Assembly: GCA_043228905.1 (NCBI GenBank)
Contig: JBHGNT010000001.1
Span: 25,606,001-25,670,000, forward strand
DNA: 64,000 nt
Direction: 5' to 3'
From: Azolla caroliniana
Lineage: Eukaryota; Plantae; Polypodiophyta
Numbering within the stretch: the first letter of the stretch is position 1; each line of letters opens with the position of its first letter. Of this stretch, positions 48,102-62,800 are shown piece by piece. The notes below the pieces were generated by a model. That model was given only the letters and a program-made list of their open reading frames with translations, did not search any database and was not told the origin of the DNA. Both the position numbers and the translations under genes were made by a program.

Positions 48102-48827
48102 GGGAAATGGTGGAGAAACGCAAGGAAGGGGATTGACAACAACGAAGGGAAATGAAAGAGGCGGTTGACTGAACTATGGATCCTCCACACTCGTTCCCGA
48201 GACTTAGGCGGTTGAGTTCGAGAACCAACGGAAGATCTAAGAGACGGAAAGTGGCGGCGAGGACGCGGACGTCACAGCCAATACAACCGATCCGGAAGTG
48301 AAGAAAGAAGACGGTCCTATGGGGTCCTCACACCGATCCAGAGACACCAGCACTCAAGCCAACATGGCAAAGTGAATCCGACTAAGAAGGATGGTGGCGG
48401 CAGGAAACGGGAACCGGCGATGCGGGAAGAGAGAACGAGCGGGCATGGCGGTATCAGGGCAGCAAGGTGGCCACTAACCAACACCGGGCCTTCCGGCAAG
48501 AAACAAAGGGAGAGTCGGGAACCGACCCGGCCAAAAGACAACGCAGAAGACGGGAGGAGAGAAAGGAACACGGTCCTATGGGATCCTCACACCGATCTAG
48601 AGACTCCTGGCAGTTCAAGCCGACATGGCAACGTGAGACCGAGTGAGAAGGATAGTGGCGGCAGGAAACGGGAACCGGCGATGTGGGAAGAGTGGATTGG
48701 GAGCTGGCGAACCGAGAGCCGGCGAGGACAGAGTGGACAAAGGCCGAACCCTTACCGGCCGGTTGCGATTTCGGAGGGAAGTCGGTGAGGGGTAAGCAAG
48801 GACCAGAGCAAGAGACGTATGAGTGGC
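48102..48827 (+). mobile_element. Fragment of the non-coding internal region of the gag-only element type
   Basis: Shares the GGTCCTATGGGATCCTCACACC..CATGGCAACGTGAGACC modules with 28780-29900. Confidence 0.7.
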
Positions 48828-49295
48828 TGTAAAAGTTGTGCGGAAGCGTGTGCGTAAATGCAGAGTAGTTCAGTAAACACAGAAAACACAGAGATGGAGA
48901 TGGAGATGGAGAGGGAGAGGGAGAGGGAGAGAGAGAGAGACACTATAGATCAAATTCAAAATAATTCTCCATTCTATACAGACTTCGTGCTCAGTGAGCA
49001 CCTTATATACAAGCCCTGACAATTGGACGGACACAAGTACTGACAGTACTTCAATGCTCATAAAGGAGCCGACTACACAAACTCCCAAAATTATTCCTTT
49101 ACGAGGAATAACGCTCTAACGGCCTCTTCGGTTTTCACCCCGATGCGGCTCTATTGTGCGTACTTTTTCACACACCTAGTCTATGCACTAGGTTACGCTG
49201 CGTACTTCTGCGTGTAGCCTTTTGCTACTAAACAGGCCTTGTAGTGGTTGACGGAGCCATCCATGTTGTGTTGCACTTTCCGGCAACCGATTGGC
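48828..49295 (-). repeat. Truncated LTR related to 22795-23193, inverted
   Basis: Reverse complement shares GTATA..GTGCTC..GAGCAC, ATGAGCATTGA, TTTTGGGAGT and the CGCTTCCGCA..ACA end. Confidence 0.6.
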
Positions 49296-49296
49296 T

Positions 49297-49778
49297 TCAC
49301 ACCCTTCGGTTGCTCTCCGATTCTCCGTCGGACCCGAACTGATTGTCATTGTCGTTCCCGCTCGCAGGCTCCGGCTCGTCTTCGAACCGCTTTTTGAACG
49401 CTTTGATCCGCTTTCCGGCCACCGGCACCGCTAGCTGTGTCCCGTCGAGTTCCGCGAGGTGGTACGTGCCGTTGTCGTTCGCGCTCATCACCGTGTAGGG
49501 CCTGAACCATCTCCTAGCGAACTTTCGCACCGCCTTGTGCTGATTGTCGAGGTTGTTGTCTTATACCAAGACCCAATCGCCTCCCTCGATCTTCTTTGGT
49601 CGCAACCGGTGGGTCCGGTTGCCCCAGGTCTTGTTCCGCTCCCTTCCTGCTTGTAGCTGTTCCTTCGCCTGTATCACGTCCTCCGGCCTCCGCTCGAATT
49701 GCCGAATCCGCGCCGCTAGCAACTCCTCCCGGCTCATTTTGTCCTTCCAATCTACCGCCACCCATGAAGAAACCGTCT
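49297..49778 (-). pseudogene. Family W integrase C-terminal fragment
   Basis: EELLAARIRQ..KFARRWF.PY. Confidence 0.85.
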
Positions 49779-50401
49779 CTTGGTCTTCATCTTTCTCTTA
49801 TTCCCTTAAGGTTTGTACTTTGGGCTTTTCACCCTATTTCGTTGAGGCTTTCAACTTGGCAGCTTTCTTCTTCTTCTTACTTTCTTGTTTTCAGGTAGGG
49901 TTCTTCGACTTGTTCTTCTCCTTCGTGTCCGTTTAGGGTTTAGTTCGGGGAAGAGCTTGTATGTTCAATGGGGTTTGCTTCTGCTCGGTCTCCTGTGCAA
50001 GACCCCGCTCGGCACAACGAGCCCGAGAGCTTCCCGATTGGCGGCTTGGCAGCAGACGGTTGTTGTAGCCTAACCTACCTGGGTCCGGCTCAAAGCCGGA
50101 ATAGTATCTTTCTCTGGTAATTATATATATAAAAGGTTGTACATATTTGTGTTTTTGTTGGTGTCAAGTGTGTTTCTTTCCCTTTGTTTCCTGTACATAA
50201 GAGGCGTGTGTTGAGTCAGTGTTGCACGCGTGGTCTCTCTCTCTCTCTCTCCCTCGCTCGTGTTCAGTAGCCCCCGGTACGCGTCCGGAATCACACCGGT
50301 TTGTGCCACAACTGGTGCAGCCAAGCCCGGAGGGAGTCGGCTTCTCGACATCCATCTCTTCCTCGTCCGAGACCCTCGTGGTCCCACCCCTTTCAACACG
50401 T
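49779..50401 (+). repeat. Partial LTR of the 23194-24098 type
   Basis: Collinear with about 23475-24070. Confidence 0.8.
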
Positions 50402-50790
50402 TGTCATGAAGATTCCGGGCCATAGGTGGAAACAATGTGAAACGCGTAGGAACACTGGTGTGCATGAGTGCACACCTCTAGTGAATTAAATAATGTAGGT
50501 ACTAGGCATAGGTAAAAGGAGGTGTACTAGGTAAGTGAAGGCATTAATAGGGATTCAGACATCGCATAAGTAGGGAGAGTTACGAGGAGAGCAAATCAGG
50601 ATGGAGAATCTAGGAAGGGAAAGCGACAAGTCATATATGCGTTGTAACGGTCGCTCCTTGTGCTATAAAAGGGGCGAGCTTTGGCTGTTTGAGGGATGTC
50701 ATCTAGAGAAGAGAAAAGAAACAAAGAGAGAAAAGGAAACAGAGAAGAGGGGAGACGAGGAGTCCTATGAAGGATCACCGGAAGGCCCCT
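50402..50790 (+). repeat. 5' part of another family W-type LTR, truncated
   Basis: Begins TGTCATGAAGATTCCGGGCC. TATAAAA near 50664. Confidence 0.65.
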
Positions 50791-53700
50791 TTCTTCCTTC
50801 TCTCCCTCCTTAAGTAGTTCGCCAAGGGGAGACCCTCCTTCCCTAGTCAAATTGCTTTATTCCCTGTCCCTTTTGACAGAGATACGCACAAATCCCCTAA
50901 CAAATGTGTACTACCTAGTATTTACATCAGCTGCCCTAATTATAAATTATGCACAAAATATCAATTCTTGCGTGCACCCACGTAAGAGCCGGTTCATGCG
51001 CCTTTTTCTCCGATTCTGCCTATGGCCGATTTTCTTCACAACATCCACCCCCCACCAAACCGCGCATCCACCGGCATGCGCCAGAGACGGGTAGATACCG
51101 AGGAAAACCGGCTTCACTCGTCGCTCTCTGATTCTTCGTCGGGCCCGAACCAATCGTTTTCGTCGCTCTCGCTCGCCGGTTCCGGCTCTTCTTCGAACCG
51201 CTTCTTGAACGCTTTGATCTGCTTCTCGGCCACCGGTACCGCTAACTGTGTCCCGTCGAGTTCCGCTAGGTGGTACGTGCTGTCACCGTGTAGGGCCCAA
51301 ACCATCTCCTAGCGACCTTTTGCACCGCCTTGTGCCGATTGTCGAGGCTACTGTCGTATACTAAGACCCAATCGCCTTCCTCGACCTTCTTTGGTCCCAA
51401 CCGGTGCGTCCGGTTGAACCGAGTCTTGTTCTGCTCCCTTGCCGCCCGCAGCTTTTACTTTGCCCGTTTCATGTCCTCCGGCCTCCGTTCGATTTGCCAA
51501 ATCCGCGCCACCAGCAACTCCTCCCGGCTCATCTCGTCCTTCCAATCTACCGCCGCCCACGAAGAAACCGTCTGTTCCGCCATCATGATCGGCTTCTGTC
51601 CATACATCAGCTCTGTCGGCATAAACCCTGTCACTGAACTGTGCGTAGTTCGGTCCGCCCATAGTGCGTAAGGAAGGAGTCGCGGCCAATTCCCGACTTG
51701 CCCTCCGCATGCACACACCAACGCCTTTACGATCGACCCATGCCCACGTTCTACCTTCCCGTTCGCCTCCAGATTGTACGCCGTAGTGAGGGAGAGTTTG
51801 ACCCCTAGCCAGCCGAACAGCTCCTCAGCTTCTTGCGCATCCAGCTCTCCCCGGTCCACCACGATCCTCTCGACACACCCATACCGACACACTACCTCTT
51901 CGATCAGGAACTGGCATACCGCCGCGATTGTCTTGTTCCGTAGTGCACGACCTTCCACCTGGTTCGTTAAGTCTTCCCGCGCAAGCACCAGGTATCGCAT
52001 CTGCCCTACTCCCATCGGCATCGTCACCAAGTCCACCATCCACTTGAAATGGACCGTAGGCAGGTAGATGGGATGTAGCTCGTCCGGATGTTGGACTACG
52101 GAGTGCATCTGACAGCTTTCGCAAGTCGTTACGAACCGATACACGTCCCGGTACAGCCCCGACCACTAGTACTTCTCCTTTAGCTTCTCGAATGTGGCCC
52201 ACGTTCCGCGGTGCCCGGCCCAAGCACTCTCGTGAAATGCCGCCAGTAGTTTCCCCTGTTCTTCTTTCTTTGCCACTACTCGGAGCGAGATGCCGTTTCT
52301 TTTCTTTGGCTGCCTCCATATGCACCCGTCCCGTAGGAAGAATCAGTACGCCTTCTTCTGTACCCGGCTCGCATCTTCTCTCGTCCACGTTGCGTCCGGC
52401 GTTCAGCGTCATCGCCCGTAGGAACCTGCCGATATGGAGCCACTCCCCGCCGTACCTGCTTTCGTCGAATTCGTTAAGCGCCGCAGTGTCCCCTTTCCTC
52501 GTGGTCACGTTAGCCAACCCGAAGAAGTCCTCGCCGACTTCTTCGTGATCTGAAACCATGTCGTCTTCGTCGTTGAACCTCGCTCTCGAAAGCATGTCGG
52601 CCATGGCGTTATCCTTTTCGGATATGTGCCGTATCTCCAGGTTCAGGGACTTAATGTACGCTATCCACCGGAGCATATCTAGGTCCGGCGTCGTGCATCC
52701 GGAAACCATGCCGAGTATCGGCAGGCATTCCGTCTCGATTATTACCTCCGTCCTGGTCAAATAGTCCCTATCGGCCTTGACTGCCGAAACGATACCCCAT
52801 AGTTCGCCTTGACTTGGGCGTCTCCTCGCTGCCGCTTGCTCAATACCTTCGCCCCGAACCGGATCGGGAACCGTGCGCCATCCTCGTCCTCCTGGTTGAT
52901 CACCCACTCGATCCCGGTCGGGCTCGTGTCCACCGTCACGTAGATGGGGACTCCCTTGTCGTAAATCGCTTTACGGAGAGCTAGCACTATCTTAAGCACC
53001 TCCTTTAGTCTCCGGACCGACTCCATGTGCTCCGTCCTCCACTCAAAGCTACACCCCCCTTTCAATAGTCCGTAGAGGGGTTCCGCGACATGTGCGTAGT
53101 GGGGGATCCAAATGTGGTAGAACGCGCATGCACCCAAGAATCTGCGGACCTCCGTAACCAACCCGCAATCGTTCCTCATCACGGAGATGGCCTCTACCTT
53201 TGCTGGAGACAGTGTCCGACCACTAGGATCTCCAACGGCCCGAACGCCGATTTTTCTCCGGAGAAGGTGAGTCGTGTGCTCTCGACCCTCTGTAGCACCT
53301 TCTCGCAGTTGTTAATGTGGTTCACGACGAACCTCCGGCATCCGTCTGGCTCGACAGTCTCGTCCGCATCTTCCACCGCACTCCCCTTTATCGGGATGTT
53401 GTCCAAGAATGGCATGGTGATGTCTGGGATGCAGTCCCTCAGCACCTTGTTCATTGTGTTCACCATATGCGCCACCGATTTCGTCCCGCCTGTTGGTAGG
53501 GTACACATCCGTACTAGGCCGAGAGGAGTTTGCATCGTCGTGATACCCTTGCTCTCCACAGCTAGCTGGAACTGGTCGTACCCGGAGTATAAGTCACCGA
53601 TTGAATAGATCGACCTTCCAGCGAAGGCCTCCGCGAACTCGTCTATGGTCGGTCCGATTCCTACATTACGAATGGTCACCCTGTTGATCGGTTGCAAGTC

Positions 53701-53840
53701 CTGAATGAAGCGCAACATGCCATTCTTCTTCAGCACTGTAAACCACCAACTCGAATATGGGGCACTCAACGGTTCGAGGATGCCCATCTCCACCTTTTGC
53801 TTCAGAAGCTCCATCAACTTCAGGATGTGAGCTCTCGTAT
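50791..53840 (-). mobile_element. Decayed family W 3' half (partial LTR to 51043, PPT, integrase, RNase H, RT)
   Basis: ORF fragments 51455-52144, 52757-53182 and 53194-53844 are homologous to the intact pol. Confidence 0.88.
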
Positions 53841-53860
53841 CCATGCGGGCCTTTCGATCC

Positions 53861-53919
53861 TCGCGTTGTTACGTGCGTACGCGTAGAAAGGGGCGGGACC
53901 ACGGGGGTCTTGGACCGAG

Positions 53920-53951
<32 letters not shown>

Positions 53952-55798
53952 GAGACAGAGAGAGATTCACCAACACGTAGGAGCGAGAAAGAGAGATATA
54001 GAACGTAACACTTAATTATAATGACAGAGATTACAAACACCGACAATTACAACCGACAGAGCGGCGATGGCCCCGACACGGGGACCCTACTCACGCACAC
54101 CGACGATAGACACACGACTCAAAGAAACAAAAAGGGAAAGGGAGCGACTTTGCTGGAAGCACACGGGCTGTCCACGAAGCAGAGGTAGCGACCTCCCGAC
54201 ACCCGCAGAGAGCCACGATTCGCGTCCAAGAGAGAGAGCTCCCTCTTCCGATCTGCAGCAACGCTTCCCTTCCTCCTCGCGCGCGATGCCCGTTTTCCCT
54301 TGTCCTCCTCCCTTTATTCTCTGTCCCTCTGACCGGGATATTACGCACAACCCCCCCCTCTAATAAATGTGTGCGGCTTAGTATTTACATCCACCGGTTC
54401 ATGTGCAAAATATCAAGTCACGCGTCCATTCGTGTAAGGGCCGGTTTACGCGCTTCCTCTTCGATTCCGCCTATAGCCGGTTTTCTTCACGACATCCACC
54501 CCCACCAAACTTTGCATCCACCGGTATGCGCCAGAGACGGGTATATATCGAAGAAACCCGGCCTCACTTGTTGCTCTCCGATTCTTCGCCGGACCCGAAC
54601 TGATCGTCGTTGTCGCTCCCGCTCGCAGGGTCCGGCTCGTCTTCGAACTACTTTTTGAAAGCTTTGATCTGCTTTCCGGCCACCGGCACCGCTAACCGTA
54701 TCCCGTCGAGTTCTGCGATGTGGTATGTGCCGTTGCCGGTTGCACTCGTCACCATGTAGGGCCCGAACCATCTCCTAGCAAACTTTCGCACCGCTTTGTG
54801 CTGATTGTTGAGGCTGTTGTCGTATACTAAGACCTAGTCGCCATCCTCGATCTTCTTTGGTCGCAACCGGTGCGTCCGGTTGAACCGGGTCTTGTTCCGC
54901 TCCCTTGCCGTTTGCAGCCTTTCCTTCGCCTGTATCACGTCCTCCGGCCTCCACTCAAGTTGCTGAATCTGCGCCGCCAACAACTCCTCCCGGCTCATTT
55001 CGTCCTTCTAATCTACCGCCGCCCACGAATAAACCGTCCGTTCCACCGGCATGATCAGCTTTTGTCCGTACATCAGCTCCGCCGCCATAAACCCTGTCAC
55101 CGAACTGTGTGTAGTCTGGTCCGCCCATAGCGCGTAAGGAAGGAGTCGCGGTCAATTCCCAACCTGCCCACCGCATGCACGCACCAACGCCTTTACAATC
55201 GGTCCGTGCCCACGTTCCACCTTTCCATTCGCCTCCGGATTGTACGCCGTGGTGAGGGAGAGTTTGACGCCTAGCCGGTCGAACAACTCCTCGGCCTCCC
55301 GCGCATCCAGCTCTCCCCGGTCCGCCATGATCCTCCCGACGCACCCGTACCGACACACTACTTCTTCGATCAGGAACCGGCATACCACCGCGGTTGTCTT
55401 GCTTTGCAGTGCACGGCCTTCCACCTGGTTCGTTAAGTCTTCCCGTGCAAGCACCAGGTATCGCATCTGCCCTACCCCCATCGGCATCATCACCAAGTCC
55501 ACCATCCACTTGAAATGAACCGTAGGAGGGTAGGTCGGGTGTAGCTCGTCCCGGTGTCGGACTACGGAGTGCACCTGACAGCTTTCGCAAGTCGTTACGA
55601 ACCGATGCACGTCCTAGTATAGCCCCGACTACCAGTACTTCTCCTTCAGCTTCTCGAACGTGGTCCATGTTCCACGGTGTCCGGCCCATGGGCTCTCGTG
55701 GAATGCCGCCAGTAGTTTCCCCTGTTCTTCTTTCTTTGCCACTACTCGGAGTGGGATGCCGCTTCTCTTCTTTGGGTACTTCCATATGCACCCATCCA
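53861..55798 (-). mobile_element. Family W 3' LTR (53861-54494), PPT and decayed integrase
   Basis: The LTR resembles 24757-25385. Integrase ORF 55152-55610. Confidence 0.85.
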
Positions 55799-56858
55799 TT
55801 CTACAACAACCTCCCTTTCCCCTACTCGCGTGCATCCCCATTTTTCTCTTCTCCTCTTCCTTTTTCCCTGTCCCCCTTTCTGGGATACGCACAATCCCCT
55901 CTAATAAATGTGTGTGGATTAGTAGTCACATCCATCGGTTCGTGTACAGAGTATACAGTCACGCGTCACAGTGTAGGAGCCGGTTCACGCGCTTTCTCTC
56001 CGATTCCGCCTATGGCCGGTTTTCTTCACGACATCCACCCCCACCAAACAGCGCATCCACCGGTATGCGCCAGAGACGGGTAGATATCGAAGAAACCCGG
56101 CCTCACTCGTTGCTCTCCGATTCTCCGCCGGACCCGAACTGATCGTCGTTGTCGCTCCGGCTCGCAAGCTCCGGCTCGTCTTTGAACCGCTTTTTGAAAG
56201 CTTTGATCCGCTTTCCGGCCACCGGCACCGCTAACCGTGTTCCGTCGAGTTCCGCGAGGTGCTACGTGCCGTTGCCGTTCGCGCTCATCACCATGTAGGG
56301 CCCGAACCATCTCCTAGCAAACTTCCGCACCGCCTTGTGTTGATTGTCGAGGCTGCTGTCGTATACCAAGACCCAGTCGCCTTCCTCGAACTTCTTTGGT
56401 CGCAACTGGTGCGTCCGGTTGAACCGGATCTGGTTCCGCTCCCTTGCCGCTCGCAGCCTTTCCTTCGCCTGCATCACATCCTCCGGCCTCCGCTCGAGTT
56501 GCCGAATCCGCGCCGCCAGCAACTCCTCCCGGCTCATTTCGTCCTTCCAATCTACCACCGCCCATGAAGAAATCGTCCGCTCCACCAGCATGATCGGCTT
56601 TTGTCCATACATCAGCTCCGCCGGCATAAACCCTGTCACTGAACTGTGCGTAGTCCGGTCCGCTCATAGCGCGTAAGGAAGGAGTCGCGGCCAATTCCCG
56701 ACCTGCCCACCGCATGCACGCATCAACGCCTTTACAATCGGTCCGTGCCCACGTTCCACCTTTCCGTTCGCCTCCGGATTGCACGCCGTGGTGAGGGATA
56801 GTTTGACGCCTAGCCGGTTGAATAGTTCCTCGGCGTCCCGCGCATCCAGCTCTCCTCC
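55799..56858 (-). mobile_element. Family W partial LTR (to 56033), PPT and integrase C-terminal half
   Basis: ORFs 56262-56639 and 56664-56864. Confidence 0.85.
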
Positions 56859-59800
56859 GTCCATCGGTTCGTCCTCCGTTTCGGACTATTCGTCGTCGCT
56901 GTCCGGGGCTCTTAGATCCGGTTCGCCGTCGTGGCGCTTCTTGAATGCTTTGATCCACTTCCCTGCTACCGGTATCGCCATCCTCGTACCGTCGAGTTCC
57001 ACTTGGTGATACGTCCCATTGTCGTTGGCGCTCGTTACCACGTAAGGCCCGAACCACCGCTTTGCAAACTTCCGTGTTGCCCGGTGCTGGTTGTCGAGGC
57101 TGTTGTCGTAGACTAGCACCCAGTTGCCTTCCTCGATTTTCTTTGGTCGGAGCCGGTGCGTTCGGTTGAACCGGGCTTTGTTCCTCCTCCTCGCCGTCCG
57201 AAGTCTCTCCGCCGCTCGTTCCACGTTCTCTGGCCTCCGCTCGAGCCGCCGTATTCGCGCCGCTAGCAGTTCTTCCCGACTCATCTCGTCTCTCCAGTCC
57301 ACCGTCGCCAAGAGGAGATCGTCCGTTCCATCGGCATGATCGGCTTCTGTCCGAACATGAGCTCTGACGGCATGAACTCGGTTACCGAACTGTGCGCTGT
57401 CCGGTCCGTCCACAAGGCATAAGGTAATAGTCGTGGCCAGTTCCCGACCTGGCCTCTGCACGCCCGGAGTAGCGCTTTGACGATCGGTCCGTGTCCGTGC
57501 TCCACCTTCCCGTTCGCCTCCGGGTTGTACACTGTGGTGAGCGAGAGCTTGACCCCTAACTGGTCGAACAGCTCCTCGGCCTCTTCGGCGTCCAACTCCC
57601 CGCGGTCAGCCACGATCTTCCCGACGCACCCGTATCGGCATATCACCTCCTCGATCAGGAACCGACACACGACCGCGGTTGTTTTGTTCTACAGGGCTCG
57701 ACCTTCCACTTGGTTCGTCAGGTCCTCCCAGGCCAGCACTAGATATCGCATCTGCCCTACGCCCATCGGCATTGTCACCAAATCTACCATCCATTTGAAG
57801 TGGATGGCCGGAGGGTATGTAGGGTGAAGCTCGTCCCGATGTCGGACTATGGAGTGTATCTGACAACTCTCACAAGTTGTCACGAACCGATGCACGTCCC
57901 GGTACAGTCCCGGCCACCAGTACTTCCCCTTTAGTTTCTCGAACATATCCCACGTCCCACGGTGTCCAGCCCAGGGACTGTCGTGGTAGGCCTTCAGCAA
58001 CTCCTCCTGTTCCTCCTCCATCGCCACTACTCGGAGCGGGATGCCGTTTCTTTTCTTCGGGTGCTTCCACAAGTATCCGTCCCGGAGAAAGAATCGGTAT
58101 GCTTTCTTCCGGATCCGGTTGGCCTCGTTCTTTGTACATGACGCGTCCGGCGTCATCGTCCTCAAGAATCCCCCAATCTGCAGCCACTCCCCGTCGTACT
58201 TGCTCTCGTTGAAATCGTTAAGCGTCAAAGTGCTCCCCCCCTCGGTTGTCACATAAGCTGCCTCGAAGAAGTCCACGCTGACTTCCTCGTCCTCTGAAAC
58301 CATGCTGCCCTCGTTGTCGAATCGCGCCCTCGAAAGCATGTCGGCCATGGCATTGTCTTTCCTGGAAATGTGTCATATTTCCGGATCGAGGGACTTGATG
58401 TACGGTATCCACCTGAGCATTGCCAGGTCCGGGGTTGCGCATCCGGAAACCATGCCGAGAATCGGCAGGCAGTCCGTCTCGATAATCACCTCTGTCCCGA
58501 TCAGATAGTCTTTATCGGCCTTCACCGCCGAAACGATACCCCAGAGTTCACGTTTAACCTGGGTGTATCCTCGCTGTCGCTCGCTGAGGACCTTTGCGCC
58601 GAACCGGATTGGGAACCGAATGCTGTCCTCATCTTCTTGGTTGACGACCCATCCGATCCCCGTCGGACTTGTATCTACCGTTATGTAGATGGGAGTGCCT
58701 TTCTCGTAGACAACCTTCCGGAGTGTCGGAGCTGCAGCAAGAGCCTCCTTCATCTTTTGGACCGACTCCGTATGCTCGTCTCGCCACTCGAATCTTCGCC
58801 CCTTTTTCAGCAACCCATATAGCGGCTCGGCAACGTGGGCGTAATGCGGGATACATATGTGGTAGAACGCGCATGCTCCCAAGAACCTCCGTACCTCTGT
58901 GCCCGAGTTACAGTCGGGCTTCATTGCGGAGATGGCTTCCTCCTTAGCCAGAGACGGTTTCCGGCCATACGGTCCGCATAGATGTCCGACGACCATGATC
59001 TTTGATTGCCCGAAGACCGATTTCTCCCCGGAGAAGGTGAGCCTCGCGTCCTCTAGCCTATGCAGCACCCTCTCGCAGTCGTCAATGTGTGTCGCCACGA
59101 ATTTCCGGCATCCGTCCGGTCCGATCGTTTCGTCCTTTTCCTCCACCGGACATCCCTTGATCGGGATGTCGTCCAAGAATGGCATGGTGATGTCCGGGAT
59201 ACAATCCCTCAGCACCTTGTTCATCGCATTCACCATGTGGGCCACCGAGTTCGTCCCTCCTTGTGGCAAGGTACACATCCGCACTAGGCCGAGAGGAGTC
59301 CGCATCGTCGTAATGTCTCTGCTCTCTACGGCTAGTTGGAACTGATCGTACCCCGAGTACAGATCACCGACCGAGTAGATTGACCTTCCGGCGAAGGCCT
59401 CCGGGAACTCGTCTATCGTTGGTCCGATTCCTGCGTTCCAAATGGTCACTCTGTTGACCGGTTGCAGGTCTTGAATGAAGCGCAACGTCCCGTTCTTCTT
59501 CGCCACCGGTTCGAGTACGCGGCACTCGACGGTTCGAGGATGCCCATATCGACTTTCTGCCTCAACAGCTCCATCAGCTCCAGGATGTGAGCTCTCGGTA
59601 CCGGAATTGGTTTGAGATTCCACGGCACATGCGGTACCGTGAATATCACCATCGGCTTCACGACTGTCGGGTCTACGCACCCGATCTCCTCCGGTGAGAA
59701 TGCGAAGGCTTTCCCGTTCCTTCCGAGCACTCTCCGAAACCGGTCTTCTTCCGCCGGCAATAGGAACCCGCCCCCACCGATTTTGAGCTCCCATAGCGTT

Positions 59801-62800
59801 CTGTCGGTGAAGGTGTGTCCTATGCAGGCCGGATCTCGTAAACTGGGGTCCGACGCGACCCCCTTGATTCGCAACTCGCTGCCCTCCGGTAAGGGTGCCG
59901 TGACTAGCCTTACCTTCCGGTCCACAATCTTGTACTTCGTGTTAACCTGGGCCGTCCGATCCGACTCGAGCCCTCGACTGAAGTCAGCGATGACTTCGTA
60001 CATCTCTTCTGAACAAACAGGTATCGTCCGGTCCTCTTTAAGGCCCTCTCCGACCACCTCTCGCAGTATTCCCAAGGTATCGTCGAAGGAAACCGCCTCC
60101 ACGGCTCCGTTGATTTCCTCATTGGGCCCGAGAACTCCGCACGCCCGAAGCCGCTCTTCCGCCCTTGTCTTTTATCGGCCAATGACACCAACTATCGTAC
60201 ACCCTCCGTTGTCGAAGAAACAAAACTTCCATCTTATGGTATAAGGTTTCTTCAGTTTCGCCTCTATCGTACATTTGTGGGGTTTTCTCGGAGTGTCCGA
60301 ACTATCGCGGCCCCACGCCTTGACAGCCCTCTCTAAAAATCCTCTCGGTTCTCGCCATCGAGGGACTCGCGGTTTCGCTCGTGGTTCGGTCGCACCGTCA
60401 GGAACTGGACCGAATGACGCCCGTCCTGACTCTTGACCCTCGCGTAAGCCGACCCATTGTCCAGCACCTTGGTCTCCATCTGTGCTGCCGTAATGTACGG
60501 TTCTCCCAGTATGACCGGGTGCGAGGACGTCTCCTGCACAAAGAAGTGCTGGACTATCTCGACGTCGCCGATCTTGACTCGCACATTTGGGCAGGCCCCG
60601 TGTAGTTCCTCGGTGGCGCGCGTCGCCACCCGTATCTTCCACCCGTGCTTGGTGTTGACCAGCCATTTCCCCTTCTTGTAGAAGTCCATGGACGTCAGGT
60701 TTATTTCCGAACCGTGGTCCACCAGTGCCACCACCGGTTCCTAAACATCTCCGATCTTCACCGGGGTTTCCGTGGTCGCTCGGGCCCAGTGTGGCCTCGA
60801 ATAGTGGCTCTCCGCCCACTCGTCTTCCAGTGCCATGTCCTCTATGTGCATCGTCCGCACCTCCACCTACCTTTCCGGTTCTGTCTCCGTCGACAACCTC
60901 TTCCTCTTCACCAAGTCTATGATGGAGTCGTGGAACTCCTTCTTGGTGATTCCGAGCACCTCTCGCAATGACAATTCCACCTTGCTGTCGAGGATTCGTT
61001 CTTCCAGGACCTTTCGTAGGTCCGTGGTCCTTTCGATCTCCGTGCCCAACCGGTATCCGCCCTTCTTGTGGTTATCCCGGGCACTGGTCTCACCGGCCTC
61101 GTTCCGTTTCGGCCCGAATTGGGTTTCGTATCTCTGTGAGGGTCCGGCCCGTTTGTCTTCAACCAGAGCCTCGTAGTTCTGGCAAGCTACTTCGACGAAA
61201 CCCGTCTTTTCTTCGACCGGGTCACTCCAACCGGTTACCTCCTGGACTCGCTTCTCTGCGCGGTCCGCCTCGTCTTTCCTTAGTCGGGCACCGGCGAGAC
61301 CTTCCAGCATTGTCGGCCAAAACCCAGCTTTGCTCTCCTTCCGGGCCTCGCTGCCTCCGACCCGAATACCGGTTTCATTCCTCTTCCATCAGCCTTTTCA
61401 TTCCTCCTCGCCCGTCGTTTCGGTTCAGGGTCCTCCGGGTATCGCTGGCGTGCACCCGACCTTCGCACAGGTACACTACCCAGCTTCTAAAGGCCTCCGC
61501 AAAGTCCCCGCAGTCTTTCCGGATGTGGCTGACCTCGTCGCACCACATGAACCTATTTCTTGCCGGAGGCCGTCGATCACGAGCCTGTTTGCCGCCTTCC
61601 CTCCGAGCCTGGGCATTCTGGAGATCCTTTACCGCCCGTGTCAACTCCTCCAAAGTTGTTCCCCCAGACGAGCCTCTGACCACACCGGTCGAAGCCGAAC
61701 CGGTTTTGAGCCACTCCTGGGTCTCTTCCCTTCACGCCTGTGCTATCGGTTCGAGCTTCCTTGCTGCGACAGGACCCGCCCCTGTATCAGCCCACTCCCA
61801 CCGTTTGTCAAAACGGCCGCAGACTCTTTTTACCACGGCCCAGTCGACCGTCAGCCTGTCTTCGGTTTCCAGTAAGGAGCCCACTTGCTCCCGATCCCGC
61901 GCGTCAACCGATTTGACAAACAGTAGGACACGACTTGTGCCCAGAACGGTCCGATCGAGCGCCGAAAGGCGCACAAAGCGTTCCTCAAACTCCCGGAGGA
62001 GTACTGACGCATTTCTTCAAAGCGTTCCTCAAACTCCCGGAGGAGTACCGACTCCACCCACTCCATGAAGCCCCGCTTCGAAAGTCGAAGCGCGTCATCC
62101 AGCCCGTATTTCTCCAGGAGCCGTCATTCGAACTCCTCCCAGGTCCGGCTCTCCGCCCGGACCTCGAGCACCTCCGCATGGATGCCCGGCATCGCCACTC
62201 GAGGGAATCCGGCAAGACGCCTCTCTTCCGGAATATCCCTCATCAACATCTCCACCCGGTAGGACGCCAAATAACTCGTGCTATCCTTTCCACTGAACCG
62301 GCCGATCGTACCGACGATCGCCTCAATAGCCCTGTCAAGGGCGCCGGTGCCCTCGCGCGCGCTCACTATCCGGTCCACGGCCGAAGCCATGGCCTCTGCA
62401 AGATCCAACCCCCTCATCTTCTGCTCCTCTGCCGCCTTGTTCACGTCGGGCTCACCAAAGATGTCACGTTACTACGCGCGTGCGTGGAGAAATGAGGCGG
62501 GACCATCGGGGTCTTGAACCAAAGAGAAGGTGATAGAAGGGGAAAGAGAAAGAGAGAGACGCTCGGTTACGTATGAGCAAAGAAACACAGGGACACGGCC
62601 CTGTCAACGCAGAAGACACGAATGGACACAAAAACAGAGAGACATGAATGTTTGTATATTAATGAATGACAAATAAACAACAGAGCACGCGAGCGGTTAC
62701 AACCGAACAGGCCGGCGAACAGATGTCGATGCCTGCTCGTCTGCGCACGAAAGGGGATAGGATGGAGGTGCTGCCGGAAGCACACGGGCGTTCCTCGAAG

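Noticed and set aside
51825-52907. Apparent novel fusion proteins (also 58373-59794 and 34182-34760)
   Set aside because: They are chimeras created by frameshifts or insertion junctions in decayed elements.
53855-53870. Additional family W target sites at 53861 and 24757
   Set aside because: The terminal TG is missing at both, so the insertion site cannot be scored. They were excluded from the CpG count.
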